A DNA stretch of 64,000 nucleotides. It comes from Cystobasidiomycetes sp. EMM_F5 (Eukaryota). The notes below the pieces were generated by a model that worked only from the letters and a program-made list of their open reading frames with translations, searched no databases and had not been told where the DNA came from. The stretch covers positions 62,001 to 126,000 of the forward strand of contig JBPGPT010000033.1 of NCBI GenBank assembly GCA_051047955.1. The letters are read 5' to 3'. Position numbers and translations under genes: made by a program. The number at the start of each line of letters is the position of its first letter. The first letter of the stretch is position 1. Of this stretch, positions 37,778-50,627 are shown piece after piece.

Positions 37778-40494
37778 ATGCTAGGTCTCCGAGCCAAGTT
37801 TCACGCTGACGAGCAGGAAAGGGCAGCGAGAAGGTGGACAGAGGCTGACATGTTGTATCACTACTCACATACACTGACGCTTGGGGTCGCAGGCACCCCG
37901 TTGCGTATGCAGACGCAGAGGTCCTGCCAGAAGAGGTCGATGACGCCGCAGTCAACAATGCGATAGACGTACCCGGTCATATCCCGCAGCAGACAGGCTA
38001 CGAGGTACCCGGCTATCGACCACCGCCAGCAGTCCCACCAAGCCAGATACCCGGAGCGACTCAGTCTGGGACAACCGGACTTCAAGGAAGCACTGGGAAC
38101 GCGGGGCCCACAAAGGGATCGGACGGTGCTCAGAAGACAGGCATGAAGCATCATTTGCAACTGCTGTGCGGTCCCATGCTCAGATACGACACGACCGTTG
38201 ATGGCGTATATCATCTGTTTGCTTTGGTCGTGACGCGCGACGATGGTGGGTCTGGCAAAGAGCGTAAACATCTCTCCCCAGCTTGTCATTGACCACGTTC
38301 TATGACCCAGGATCCGACTACTCAACCTCTCCGTACGTCACATACCGCTACGATACCTCTCCCAACGCAAAGAACAGCACTCTGGTGTCTGCAATGCAGA
38401 ATATGAAGACGAATGGGTCAAACAGCGAGCAGTCGTTCAAAGCTTCGGGAGAAAAGATCTGGATATACCATTCTTTGACGGGCGGAAATTCATTTTGGAG
38501 GATGAGGCTTGAAGTACGCCTATCCCCGAATGGGGGCATGCCGGTACACTATTCCTTGAATGGAGGTCGTGAGATTACCTTTTTCGTGCCGGGTACGTCG
38601 TCGAAATACCGTCTGTATTTGCAACTCCTCCTGACTGCGGGTCGACTGCAGGTCTTCACGAAAACTTTAGATGGGTAGGACATTCATGTAATGGGTTTTC
38701 TGCCGGCGTGGATACAGAAGCATTCAATGGTCCAGACCCACTCTGGAACGACCTGCTACGAAAGCATGCTGAGAACCCAATTCATGTTCTCGTCGGTGGA
38801 GGCGACCAGATCTATTGCGATGCTATAGCAAGAGAACCGGAACTTCTACCATGGATCGACGAGCCAGACGATAGGAAAAAGATGGATACTGCTGTATCAC
38901 CCGAAATCAGGTTTGCCGTGGACAGATTCTTGTTCAATCAGTTGGGTTGCCATTTTACCCCGCTCGCAACTTGTGTATGCTCACGTGTCTACGGTGCTTC
39001 TCGGCAGCTACTGCAAATGGTTCAGGAACGGAGCATTCGGACGTGCAATAGCTTGTATACCGATGCTCAATATGCTCGACGATCACGATTTGATTGATGT
39101 GCGTTAATATTGTTGGCGAAACAGTATCAAACGTATTCATAGTGCAAAGCCATCGCTAACATTCATCCTATGGCAGGGCTTTGGCTCTTACCCCGACGAC
39201 CTACAACGAGCGCCCGTCTTTTCGCACATCGGCTCACGAGGGATATTCTTCTACAAGCTCTTCCAGCTCTTCCAGTGCGACGAGGTAGACGGAACAGGCC
39301 TGGACATGCCACACCCTGTGCGCAGTCTCATAAAAGGTGGTCCGGGACCATACGTCCCCTTCGACAACAATTCCTTCCTGTCGTACCTGGGGCCAAACGT
39401 TTATATCCTCTTATTGGATTGCAGGACCGAGAGAAGGAAGGACAGGATTGTTTCGGAAACGACATATCAACGCGTTTTTGCCGCAGCGAGAGCATTACCG
39501 CCACAAGTGCAGCACCTTGTTTTACTAACGGGCGTACCGATTGCATATCCGCGGTATGTATGCTATTGGCTAGAAGGGACAATAGTAGCCTCGTATAGCT
39601 AGCTGATTTGGGTATGATGTCCGCCAGAATGGTCTTTGTCGAAAATTTCTTGGCTTCCAAGCTTAACCCGCTGATATTACTAGGTAAGGTCCTTGCTGCG
39701 TTCCGCTACACTGTGCTGATTGGATCTCACTCGTATGTATACACATCTAGGCAAGAGCGGTGTAGTCGGATTCACAGGTCTTGTCAATCGGATGAACAAG
39801 GATGCCGAATTGCTAGACGATCTAAACGATCATTGTGAGTCGCGGTGTGCTTACACAGTCTACACATGCAGGCTGACACGCCTGCACTACAGGGACGGCA
39901 AAGCATCACAAAGCGGAGCGGAACTGGCTGGTGCTGGAATTACAGAAAATTGCGGCAGAAAGGCGAATGAGGGTATCCATCATCTCCGGTGACGTCCATC
40001 TAGCAGCTGTGGGCCGTTTTTTCGACAAGAGAAAGCCAGATGCTGCGCTGGATCCAAAATATATGCTCAATGTCGTGAGCAGCGCCATCGGTAAACTGTG
40101 CAAAAATCCAAGACCAGGATTCTAAGCTGATATTGCCGAAACAGTAAACACTCCTCCACCAGCCGGTATCATAGGTCTACAGGGTGTGTCGGCAATGCTT
40201 TCGCATGATTGGCTCGTTCCTAACGTTTTTCCTTCGCGAAATCTCCCAGGCAAGCTAAATCGGACTCATAAGACACTGCACCACGAGAATACAGATGAGA
40301 ACATGGTGGAGCTGTTTGATGTAGACACAGATGGGTCCAAACTCAAGAATCATTGCTTTCTCGGGAGACGAAACTACGCGATTTGCGCGGTCCAAAGCGA
40401 CGCCAGTCTACGTTTCGACCTCCAGGTCGAGATTGCACAAGGCATTGGCGAGACCAAGACGTATTCTGTCGCGACGCCGGCTCCGGCCTGGTAA
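37778..40494 (+). CDS. PhoD-like metallophosphoesterase (fungal PhoD_2 type)
   Basis: CGPMLRYD, HSCNGFSAGV, HVLVGGGDQIYCD, NMLDDHDLIDGFGSYP, LDCRTER, ELLDDLNDHW, ISGDVHLAAVG, NVVSSAIVNTPPP. Confidence 0.9.
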
Positions 40495-40687
40495 AAGTGC
40501 GATACCGTGCCGGTCACATCGTTCCGAAGGCAATGTATATTCTTCATAACGGAAAATGTCTTGCTCTGTTCCACAGTAAGGACGTGCCGGTGTCGAAGTC
40601 GCTGTGGACGTGTCTTCAGTACGACGTAGTCGGGTGACCAGGGTGACCACATGTTTTTGGAGTAGATTATAGACGGAGCAGTGTTTT

Positions 40688-41937
40688 TCAGCCAGAGACA
40701 TCGATGGTATTCAAGTGTGTTGTTCCAATGGAGAACGAAGGGGTCGAGCTAGCTGCATTGAATATACCGTTCCTCTTTTGGGCTATGAAGTCATTGACCC
40801 AGTTGACACCGGCTTCGTACGTCTTCAGTTCATTAAACGAAGCGCGCTCGAGCTTGTTCTTCGTATGCTTCTCCAGCATCCATGCGATGTGACGTGAGAA
40901 TAGCGGATACTGCAGATCGAAAGCTCGTGAGATGCCAATAAATCGCTATCGGAACACTGTCAATAAGGGGCAGTTGGCCGTAGCAGAATAGAGCAAACAA
41001 ACCTCGACAGCTTCGAATGGCGTCTTCTCGTACCCCGAGAATAATGCTGGATTGCTCAACAATCCCCGGGCGCTCATTGCGCCTTGTACGCCAGTCACCT
41101 CCCGCATGCGAACAGCGTCTCGAAGAGTAAAGACGTCCCCGTTGCCGATGATAGGGACCTGACCTTTTGCTTCTTCACGAGCAAACTTCATTCCTTCCAA
41201 GTTCACCGGTTCACTGTCGCGTTGGTGACGAGTTCTCCCGTGTACCCCAATATAAGATACTCCGGCGTGTATGGCCGTTTGGATAAGCTGTGACGTGTTC
41301 TTGGAATCTTTGTCGAGGCGAATTTTGATGCTGATGGGAAAGGTGGTACTGACTCGCCCTCTGGCAGTCTTGACCATGTCGTGGACCAAATGTGGTTGTC
41401 GCAATAGGTAGCTGCCGACCTCGTCCTTGTATGCCCAGGTTTGCGGACATCCACAATTGAGATCAGCTCCATCAACATCGTTGTGAATCATTTCAACCTG
41501 TGTTAGACGATGATTCCAGATGCGTTAGCCGTTGCCTTCGCAATCCGCAACAAACTGACCGCATCTGCAAACTCTTTCCCATTATGGGCTGCAAACTGGG
41601 CAACTAGAGCTCCGCGTATCCTTCTGCCATTCATGTTGAACAGTCCGCGCTCATGAGGGTCTGTCGAGAAATCAGATTCGCGAGCTTTTTGACTTCGTGT
41701 AAATTCGCGAGCCATCATCATTGGCGTATTCACGATATGGCAGTCGTAGCGGGAGAAAAGGTATCGAGCGGGCAACTTGCTGTACCGCACCATGGGCGCT
41801 GCGACGTTGATGTCTTTGAATTCTCGCAGCATTTGGTCCGGCGGAAGGACCTCGAGCTGCGCAAGCCCTTCAGCATTCCCATGTTCGTCGAGCCCGTCAT
41901 AAAGGTCTGCAGGATAGAGCAACGACGCCTTTGTCAT
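40688..41937 (-). CDS. DUS4: tRNA-dihydrouridine synthase, Dus4-like
   Basis: AAPMVRYSKLP, DGADLNCGCPQ, ISIKIR, VHGRTR, IIGNGDV, MSARGLLSNPALF. Confidence 0.9.
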
Positions 41938-42064
41938 GTATACAGGGTTGACATATGGGTATCTAAAAAACTTGCTAGACGGTGGCGTCGCGACGGATCA
42001 TGCCAGCATTATGTGCACTTCTGAGACCTATGTCTTTGTCTGAGCAACACCCGCGGTGCTGCGT

Positions 42065-43821
42065 TTACTCTCCCTTCTGCACGCTTCTTGGGCTAGACCG
42101 TTCACTCGGTGGGTGGCTAGACAGGTCGCCTCTTCCAATTTTGATGAGTTTCTTATCGTATCTGCAAAGATTCATGCACGTCAGTGTCACGGACCATTCC
42201 TTCATTTACCTTTCACTCACGCGCCAAACCGATATCCTTCGACTATCCTTTCCAACAATTCTGAGGTCGATACACCATCGGTTCTCCGGGTTGGCAGAAA
42301 CTTCCCAGCGTCCTTCACAAAACGATAAATGTCACTCTGTCCCGGTTGACTTCCTTCGTAGGGTGCTTCATCGTGCGCGACATAATCAATCTGGTGCAGA
42401 TCCAAAAATGCTTGATCAATGATCCAAGGCGCATCTTCCACGACCTAGACAATCGTCAGGGCGTTGTCAGGTATAGAGTATATTACGCACTTCATCCACC
42501 CATCGACACCCGCGAACAGACTCGTACCGCTCCGCGGACCGCATGACCGGATTCGCCTTATACATCTTGACCAGCTCATCGGAGCAGACACCAACAAGAA
42601 GGTATACGTTCGGAAACGCAAGCTTGGCTTGCCGAAGAGCCAGAGCGTGACCATAGTGAAACTGGCAAGCGGGTCTTGCTTAGCCAATTGCAGACTGCTA
42701 GATACAGCAGCGCCTACCAGATCGTATACACCATCGGCGTAAATACGCACCGGCCTGTCTGTCGGCGGGGCATTGATTTTGTAATTGCGCTGTATGCCAT
42801 CTGCACCCGCTCCAGCTATAGCCTGTCTTACGCTTTCTTGGAGGTCCTCGGCGCTCATTTTCGCAAGGAAGCCATGCGGCGCAGGGTGATGAACGGCTTC
42901 CGCAGGCGGAGGGACCAAGCCTGTTGCATTTCCATGGAATGTCTTTGGCTCGAGTGCTGTCGTTTTTGTCGGAGAAGCTGAAGCCGACGAATCGTGCGGG
43001 GATGAGGGCCGATGACGCGAGGGTGATGGAGCATGAGGCAGCTGCGGTGTTGGCGAATGCGGATGCTGCTGCTCGTGTGTGTGGGTTTGTCCTGGAGGGC
43101 CGCTGTCTGCTGAATTAAAGGAAGCTGAAGACGGCATGTTGGTCAAGCGTGCACTGCGAGCTGCAACAGTATCATAGTAGGCTTTCGTCCCTGGTAGTGG
43201 ACCGTTGTTTGCTGCTGCGACGCTGGCTAACGAAGCGTCTGAAGCGGTATATCCGTGCGAGGGATAGTGACTTTTGCGGGACGATATCGGAGCTGAACTG
43301 ACATCTCCATCATCTAAAGGCGGACAAATTACATGGTCAATTGGCATCAGTAGGTGCTACTATCGCACTCACACAGGCTCGCATTAGATTCGTTGCCGTC
43401 AATTGTTGACGAAGTATCAACTTGCATTGGCGACGGCTTGCGGTTCCGACTGGTAGAGGCAGATGGAGCCGATGGATGCGCAAATACATTCTGGCTTGCT
43501 GCTGCGACGCTCATATCCGAAGCTCCCTGCGACGATAGCCTGCCTCTGTTCTTGGCCAGATTTGACGAGGGCGGCTCTAACCCAGTCATGGAGGCCGTGT
43601 CTGTGTCGTCGCCAGCCATAGTAGCGTCTCCTTCTGTCATTTCAGCGTTGCTTTCCTCGCTGGCTTCGCGAGAATGGCTCGAGTCCCCTGCTGCTCGCGC
43701 ATACCCTTTTCAGCATGGGCACCTCTCCTCAAACAAGCTGAATGACCGCCTTACGCTGACTCTGATTCTTGCGACGCCGTTTGGGGGGTGCTGGAGGTCC
43801 ACTGCTGATCCTGCCTGACAT
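42065..43821 (-). CDS. PCT1: Choline-phosphate cytidylyltransferase (CCT)
   Basis: [22 protein letters not shown] (HxGH), [39 protein letters not shown]-terminal NLS PKRRRK. Confidence 0.93.
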
Positions 43822-44317
43822 TCTTGCGTTGTCTGACGTTTCAAAGCTAACCTCCGCTGCTCCCATGACATCAGCCTTTCTTATCCACTTTCAGGAGAAC
43901 TACGCTGATATAATCTACGTGTCTTCGCAAGGTGAACGCTACTGCGGAATATAGCCTGTGTGCTGCAAGATGCCCGGGCCGCTGCGGACGGCGCAGCAGA
44001 CGGGCTCAGCAAAAAAAGGTCAACATTTTTTTCTGTGCTGAATGTGCACTCTTTGTCTTTCCTTCAGCTTCTGATGCAAGACACACGGGCATGTGAACGA
44101 TTTCCTGCAAAAATTGAAACTTCTGGCTACAAATTGAAGGACCTCAAGTGTGCTACAAGAAAACTGAAAGACGTAACCCAATAGATGACATCCATCGAAC
44201 CTATACGAACGATTCTGACCATCACTCCCACGTGCCATTTCAACTGCTCTGCGCACTGTCACAAGGCCTTATTCTATTTTCTGGGAGCTTGTCGCCGTAT
44301 GCGGACGGTCTGCATAT

Positions 44318-44930
44318 TCAGTACTGTGGTGCAGAGGTAAAATCCCACTGTAACACGACAGGTCAGTCATAAGCCCAGGCCTTGCTGTCGACAATACATA
44401 CAGTGATGGGCAGGACACCAGTGTCGCGGTCTCCGATAACATCGTAAGCTCCGGTGGAAAGGTCAAGGGCACCAGCGCTCGAGCAAGAAGGGCACGAGTC
44501 CGCAACTATCGCACCATATCAGCTGCATTCCTAGTAGGAAACAGCTTTTAAGGAATCTCACCTTGAGCTACCACAGTCTTGCCATTCGCAGTATTAGTGA
44601 TCTTGACCCACTGACCGCAATGGCTGCCTCCATTATACTACACGAAAGCGCCTCACATCAGCAACGCACGCTGATAACGTCTCTAAAGTGCGTACCATGC
44701 GGGAGTCAAGGGCAACAATCTTTGCGGAATCCTGGTTGTAATTACCGCAGTTGCCCGGGTTTCCGTTCTGCGCAAGTTGCAGGGTCAGCCTATGTGCGTG
44801 TCAAAGTGGAGACGGCATGTACCTGGAAGAAGAAGGTACCCTGACCGCTGTATGAGCGGGCCTCAAGCGGGGCAGCAACGACAGCAGATGCAGCAGCAAG
44901 AATGGAAGCGATCAGAGAGAAGGAGACCAT
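44318..44930 (-). CDS. Secreted RlpA-like double-psi beta-barrel protein (loosenin/expansin-like), about 129 aa
   Basis: Five exons splice to MVSFSLIASILAAASAVVAAPLEARSYSGQGTFFFQNGNPGNCG...IVALDSRMYNGGSHCGQWVKITN..VVAQVADSCPSC..ALDLSTGAY..GVLPITWDF. Confidence 0.92.
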
Positions 44931-45033
44931 TTTGACTGATTAGGCTGAAGTAATGAGTGATTGGTCGGTGTCTGGAGGTAAAGGCTTTGAATGAGATGAG
45001 GAAGGAAAGGGAACTCCTTCGTAAGTGATGTCC

Positions 45034-45040
45034 TTTTATA
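45034..45040 (-). promoter_or_regulatory. TATA box of the DPBB/loosenin-like gene
   Basis: TATAAAA about 104 nt upstream of the ATG, followed by a pyrimidine-rich leader. Confidence 0.6.
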
Positions 45041-46027
45041 CCCAGGTATTCAAGATAATATCAGCCAGAATTTGAGTATTCTGCTTCTCATCTCTCCGCC
45101 TGGTCACCGTAAAGTACTGCAACATGTGCATGAACTTGCGTCCTGCTGCAGATTCACGATCTTCATTACGACAAGGACCTCTGCAAAGCTTTCCGAGGCT
45201 TTCTCATCCGCTTGTAGCACCCTCGTCTGTTGTGCTCTGTTGACCCTCTACGCGTCGCAGGCACGGAGGCACACCCCTTTTTTGCGTCAACAAGCAGAAT
45301 TTTTGCAATTTGAGTGTTTCAGTGTGCAGGCCTGTGCGCTCAACTGAAGATAATAATTCACCCTAACGGGTCCAGTCCCCCAGATAATTTCGCCGAAAAT
45401 ACCTGCATGCTCGGTGTTGTCACTTGTGCGGCCGGTCCAGACGATCGGCAACCCGAAGCTGCCCCCTTCCGCAAAACTTGAGGGAGGTGACACTCCAGTA
45501 TTCTAGGGTTTCGCTACCGACAAAGCCAGATAGGGATTCAGCAGATGGCGGAATTTTTTAAGGAAAATTCTGCTGGGTCACCAATCTCTGAGCATTCAAG
45601 GCCAGTAGGACGTTTATGAGACGGGCGCAAATTGAGATTTTCAGCATTGCGTCATGATCATCCATCAGACAGTCCACGGTGTACAACACGTTCAGGAGCT
45701 AAAGTATCGTTAATACAAGAGAAAACAGCGAAACGTAAAACCCAAGAACAAGACCCGTTCACATGTCTTTCCAGGGTCTGACAGCCTTGGTGAACAGCGC
45801 AGACCATTGTACAGGCGGTGAACCTTCGTCCAGATAGTAAACAACCGGATTATAGCTGGCGTGAGATGTCGTAAAAATGAGCGTGAAGCAAAATGCTACA
45901 GGTGAGATTGGTGTTGCGAATACTTGTCGTCTATTTTGCGTGTCGAGTTGCATGGCAGGTCGTGCAATCTGCATCGTATGCGTGTGAAACATGTCTAATG
46001 CCGGCTACGCAAGCGAAGCTTGTTTAC

Positions 46028-49000
46028 TTATTCCGCATACAAGGTAAGGGTGCTTCCGGGCACGGTTCCAGCGCCAGTCCGGAACCACTCAAATGCCATC
46101 GAGACGTCATCGTCGGCAGTCATGAGGATGCGATCGCCATCTTCGTCTTCGTAGCGTATGCGGAGAGACTCGATGACAGTGCCCAAATCTTGATTGGGAC
46201 GCGCCCCGCAGATGTGCAATTTGCGCGCGACTTTTTCAATCAGATCATGATATCTGACATTGGGCGTCGACATGATGACGAAAGAATCGGCACCGTGTAT
46301 TACTCGAAGCTTGACCCCTGCCGCGCCACCCGCTGTGGGCGACATTGGCATGTGCAGATGTTTGCTGTACCCGACTTGGCTGGAATCTCCGCTTGAACGG
46401 TCGGTGCTCGTACTAGACGAGCTGAAGCGCTTTGGCGCTGCGGACGACGCCGAGCCAGTTGTTGACGATATTGTCAAGGAGGAGGCATTTGCAGACAGGT
46501 TCTGCTTAAGCAAACCACTGCCATGGGATATACTCGGTCTTGACTGCGCCAAATGCGATGGATGAACGCCTTCAGGAGGATACGGGGACCACTGCCCGTC
46601 CTGTTGCTGCTGATGCTGCAAAGCAGCGACCTGTGCTGGACCGAGCTGATATACGTGCGGACTACTCGCCGAACGACTCCGCATGGGTGGAGGGGCAGTA
46701 TGTGTTGGCATATTGCCCTGAGAGCCTTGGCGCAGCATGCGGGCGGGTTCAGGGCGCAAACCCATGTTCTCCATTCCTGCCGACTGACTTCTCTCCATCG
46801 TCATCGTGACAGCCGATGACATGGACATCATCGAGGCAGTAGGACTGGGTAACAGGGTCGATTTGCTAGATGACCATTCTTGACTCTGTTTGCCGCGTAG
46901 AACAGTGCGACTCGCAGAATGGCGCAGTATGCCTTGATTTTGCTGCTGCATGGCGGCATTAGAAGACGTTCGTGGCAGTAACGGCACAGCTGGAGGATAT
47001 GTGTTGCTGGGTGTCTGACTTCGCCACTGATTAATGACGGCAGAATTGGAGTCCTCCGTTTGTGCGCGCGGCCTGCCGTTCGCGAGTTCGCGCTCGCGCT
47101 CCTCACGGGAATTAGGTGGAAGGGATTGGGTTCCTGGCCCTCGTCTGCCGTTGTTGACCAAACGGCCTGTAGATGGCTCATACTCTTCATTATAGCCATC
47201 ATCACCCTCATCGTCAAAGTTGGTATGCTGCACGAGCGGGTTGCTACCGTATTGCGACGGTGCGACGGGGAAATACAGGTTAGACGAGGATCCGAGCATC
47301 GGAGCGAGTTCGTTCTGCGGCGTATTGGGGAATTGGCTGTGCGGCGAAGCCAGCCGACGGACTGCCGGATTGCTTCGCAGAGAAGAGCTCGAAGACGCTT
47401 GTGCTAAGCGTAGAGCTTGCACGGCCTCATTGACAGCTTTAGTCCACTGCGCCAATTGTTCCGAAGACCTGCATTTGATGCTGAAAGACTCGTCACCGCT
47501 GTCGCCGCGCCACGAGATGGACAATAGAAATGGGTGTGGCCCTGACATTGTGGGCGATAAGCCCCTAGACACCTCCTAGAAAAATCCTTTACTCACCAGG
47601 TGAGGTAATCGGTACGGCACTGACGATGTTGTTTATAAAGATACGTCCTTTGAGCTGGTACGGCGGTCTTCGTGCTGCCTGGCCAGGTGTGGTGGACGAG
47701 GCAGATTTCCGAATCATGGAATTAGATTTCGACTGTTTATCCTTCTTGCCGGGCGGCGGGAGGATTTCCTTGCAGCACAGGACAATTTTCCTAAAGAGGT
47801 AGACTTGATAGTCTCTGGCAACGTCCGACTTGATGACGGTGAAGTTGTCTTGAAGCAGGAGAGGACCGAAGGCGTTTGGATCGTGACCTTCTGCACGTAT
47901 GATGATTTCAGCTAAAGTCGCTCCTTGGGCGAAAAATGCGTACTCCAATCTTCAACCCGCTGCAAGAGCTCATCGTGCGCTTGACGATTCTCCTCCTTGC
48001 CCGTCTCTTCATTCACATTGTCATTGATAGACTTGGCAACCTTGACACCTTGCACTAGATCTGCATAATACGGCGCACTTGGACTCGACTCTTTGAGCAA
48101 ACTCTGTAGCGTCGTACGTTTGGCGATTAGACAGATCTGACCATCGCCACGTACGAAGCGAGCTCACCTCAAACAGTAAATGGTACTTGAGCAATCTCTG
48201 TACTGGTTTGATGTGGAACATCGAGAGATCTACGCCGGCCGGGTCTAGCATATACGCCACGCGCTGCGCAATTGACAGACATGTAAACATGTAATAAGAG
48301 CAATGGAAGGTCCCTTCAACAGCGGCTCACCGTAAGAGGACTGTTTTCCTGACTCAGAATGGCAACAGCTATTTGATTTGCCTGCTTGAAGCAGACACAG
48401 TATGGGCGATAGCATCTCAAGATTTCTTCCTCCTGTCCAGTGCGCGCGTCATTTTGTAGAATATTAGCCCAACATCTTTCGCATGTACGAATATCGACTG
48501 ACCCATTTCACAAACAGCGAGCCGTACCTCTGATGTTCGGTCGGGAGGAGACGCTGCCTCTCGAGATCAATGAGAAACTTTCTCGAAAAGTCGACAATCC
48601 AGTCGAGGTTCATGAATATTTTGGCAATCGTATCTTGCGAGAGCTGCCCATCTTCAACGAGCTTACGCTGGTATGACTGTGATATTGCCCACAAAAGGCG
48701 CGTCAGCTTGTTTCTTCGCGTGTGTCATGCAGTTCGCATGCAGCATTTGGGTTTTGTGACACGTGACAAGGATGTGCCTGAGCGTTCTTTCACGCGCGTA
48801 CTCGCTTGCCCCAGTGTACAGACATTGTGACGGATGTAAGAGTGGGAGGGCCAGAATGTACTCACCTGTAACACTTCAAGATCCTGAACATGCTTTCTCT
48901 CGCTGTCTAAAATCTCCTTCAACACTCGCCCTCGAGGGTCCAAAGACGCGTTTGCTTGAGCATCCTGCTCATCATCGTGGTCGGGCAGCAGGAGACTCCT

Positions 49001-49989
49001 GTCGTCTAGGAGTTGCACGAATTTAGTTACCGTGTGTATAACCTTGAGAAGGGAAAGATCAGTCCTGGCGGTTTTGCGTGAATAGTACAGTTGTCATATA
49101 CCTTGACCGTCCCGTTCGTGTCGAGGGCATACAAGTCTGATACGCGAAAAACGTCTTCCGCCTGCCACCCTAGCTGTGTCGTGAGTGCCATTGTAAAGTG
49201 CGCCACGCCTCTTTGACAGGCTTTTCTGTTATTTTCGAGCGTCGCCTCCTTGTTTACAGCGAGCGGTTCGCTACCTGGGAGCTCGAGTGCGTTGAAGAGG
49301 TAGCAAAGCGACGATCCGAACCTGAAACATCGCAATAGTTGCGTTACAGGGTCGTCTATCGAGGATAGGGATATGGTCGTTGTCGACGTTGGCAGGGTGG
49401 ACGATACAGACGATCCGGGTTCGGTTGAAACGGGCTGCAAGGACGCTGTGGGCGAGGTAGATGTGACTTCTGTCGGCGATGGCGCGGTAGGGGATACCAG
49501 GTCGTCGGACCCGGTCATCGATCCGGCCGACGATGCGAGCGACGACGCGCCGTTCTGCAACAAACTCGACGTTGTGCCGTTTGCAGCATCCCCGTCGATG
49601 AGAAATTGCTCTGCAAACCCTCGCACACGACACAGTTGCCGTTTGAGCGACTTGCAGTTTTGGTACAGTCCCGATGTTGCGTTTGCGCCTCTGTTTGCAA
49701 TGGAATTTGCTGCGACTGGGAAATCGATGACTGAGATTGATGACGGAGGTGCAATGGTCGACGTCGACAGTATACTGCTCCCGTTGCTCATTGCCGTGCC
49801 CGGGGGAGCTGTTGCCCGCTCCTGCAGACTTGGGCGTGCGGCGTGTCGGGTCGTCGACACTGATGCGGCCGTCGCAGCGCTGCTACGGTGACTGCTGCCC
49901 GTCATGCTCGCATAGTGGTGGTACTCTGCGTGATTTGCTCCACCGCCGTGGAAGCCGTCCTGCATTGTCGCTGTCCGGGCTGCACTCAT
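46028..49989 (-). CDS. CDC24: Cdc24/Scd1 Rho guanine-nucleotide exchange factor (CH-DH-PH-PB1)
   Basis: CDC24 CH-like DPVTQLLRCFRFGSSLCYLFN. DH: VLKEILDSERKHVQDLEVLQ and IKPVQRLLKYHLL. PH: YQVYLFRKIVLCCKE..YQLKGRIFI. PB1: IRYEDEDGDRILM. Confidence 0.96.
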
Positions 49990-50150
49990 GGCATGGCCTG
50001 TAGAGGTGCTCGGAAGAGACGCGACGGCATGCAATGTCTCGAGTGGGTGTCGTAGAGGCTGGTGCGTCCGATGCGAGTGAGTGTCGCAGTCGCAGGCAGT
50101 TCCTGGTATGTGCTGGCTGGCCTCGTCTCTTCTGTCGGGGGCCGTCACCC

Positions 50151-50157
50151 TTTTATA
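50151..50157 (-). promoter_or_regulatory. Candidate TATA box upstream of CDC24
   Basis: TATAAAA about 160 nt upstream of the first in-frame ATG. Confidence 0.45.
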
Positions 50158-50253
50158 TCAATCTGCAAACACGTAGAGGCGGAGGCGTTCCTGTTTGGTG
50201 ATGGGTTGATCGAGGAGGTGGTATTAGGTGAGTAAGTTAGCAGCAGTTGTTGA

Positions 50254-50282
50254 ATTCATTCATTGATTCATTCATTCATTCA
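50254..50282. repeat. (ATTC)n imperfect microsatellite
   Basis: ATTC ATTC ATTG ATTC ATTC ATTC ATTC. Confidence 0.85.
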
Positions 50283-50627
50283 GTGCGTGTCTGCCTGTCC
50301 GCCGTCAAAGCTGTCTAGCTTGTTGTGCTTCCGTCATTTCAGCCCCGCTTTTGTTGCGTGGTTATTGTTCAAATCGAGAGACAACGGCAACACGCAAGCA
50401 TGTAACTTATGCTCGACTGTCTGAGCTCATCATGCTCATGTCGTGCAGATACCCAGTATAGACGCGCCCAGAGCTGCTCTACACCGCACTGAGCCAAAAG
50501 GGCACGGGCACAAGAAATGTCTTACAGTAGTTCAAAAGTACCAAACACGCTGCAAAACACGACAAGGACACGCTCTGATTACTAAACTACGAATAACAAT
50601 TCAAACACCGCTTCTCATTCATCCACC

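Noticed and set aside
18891..43821. OPI3 and PCT1 as a phosphatidylcholine biosynthesis cluster
   Set aside because: They are about 22 kb and a dozen unrelated genes apart, which is consistent with chance.
45546..45575. 10-bp hairpin GCGGAATTTT..AAAATTCTGC as an ncRNA or terminator
   Set aside because: Isolated AT-rich stem with no other support.
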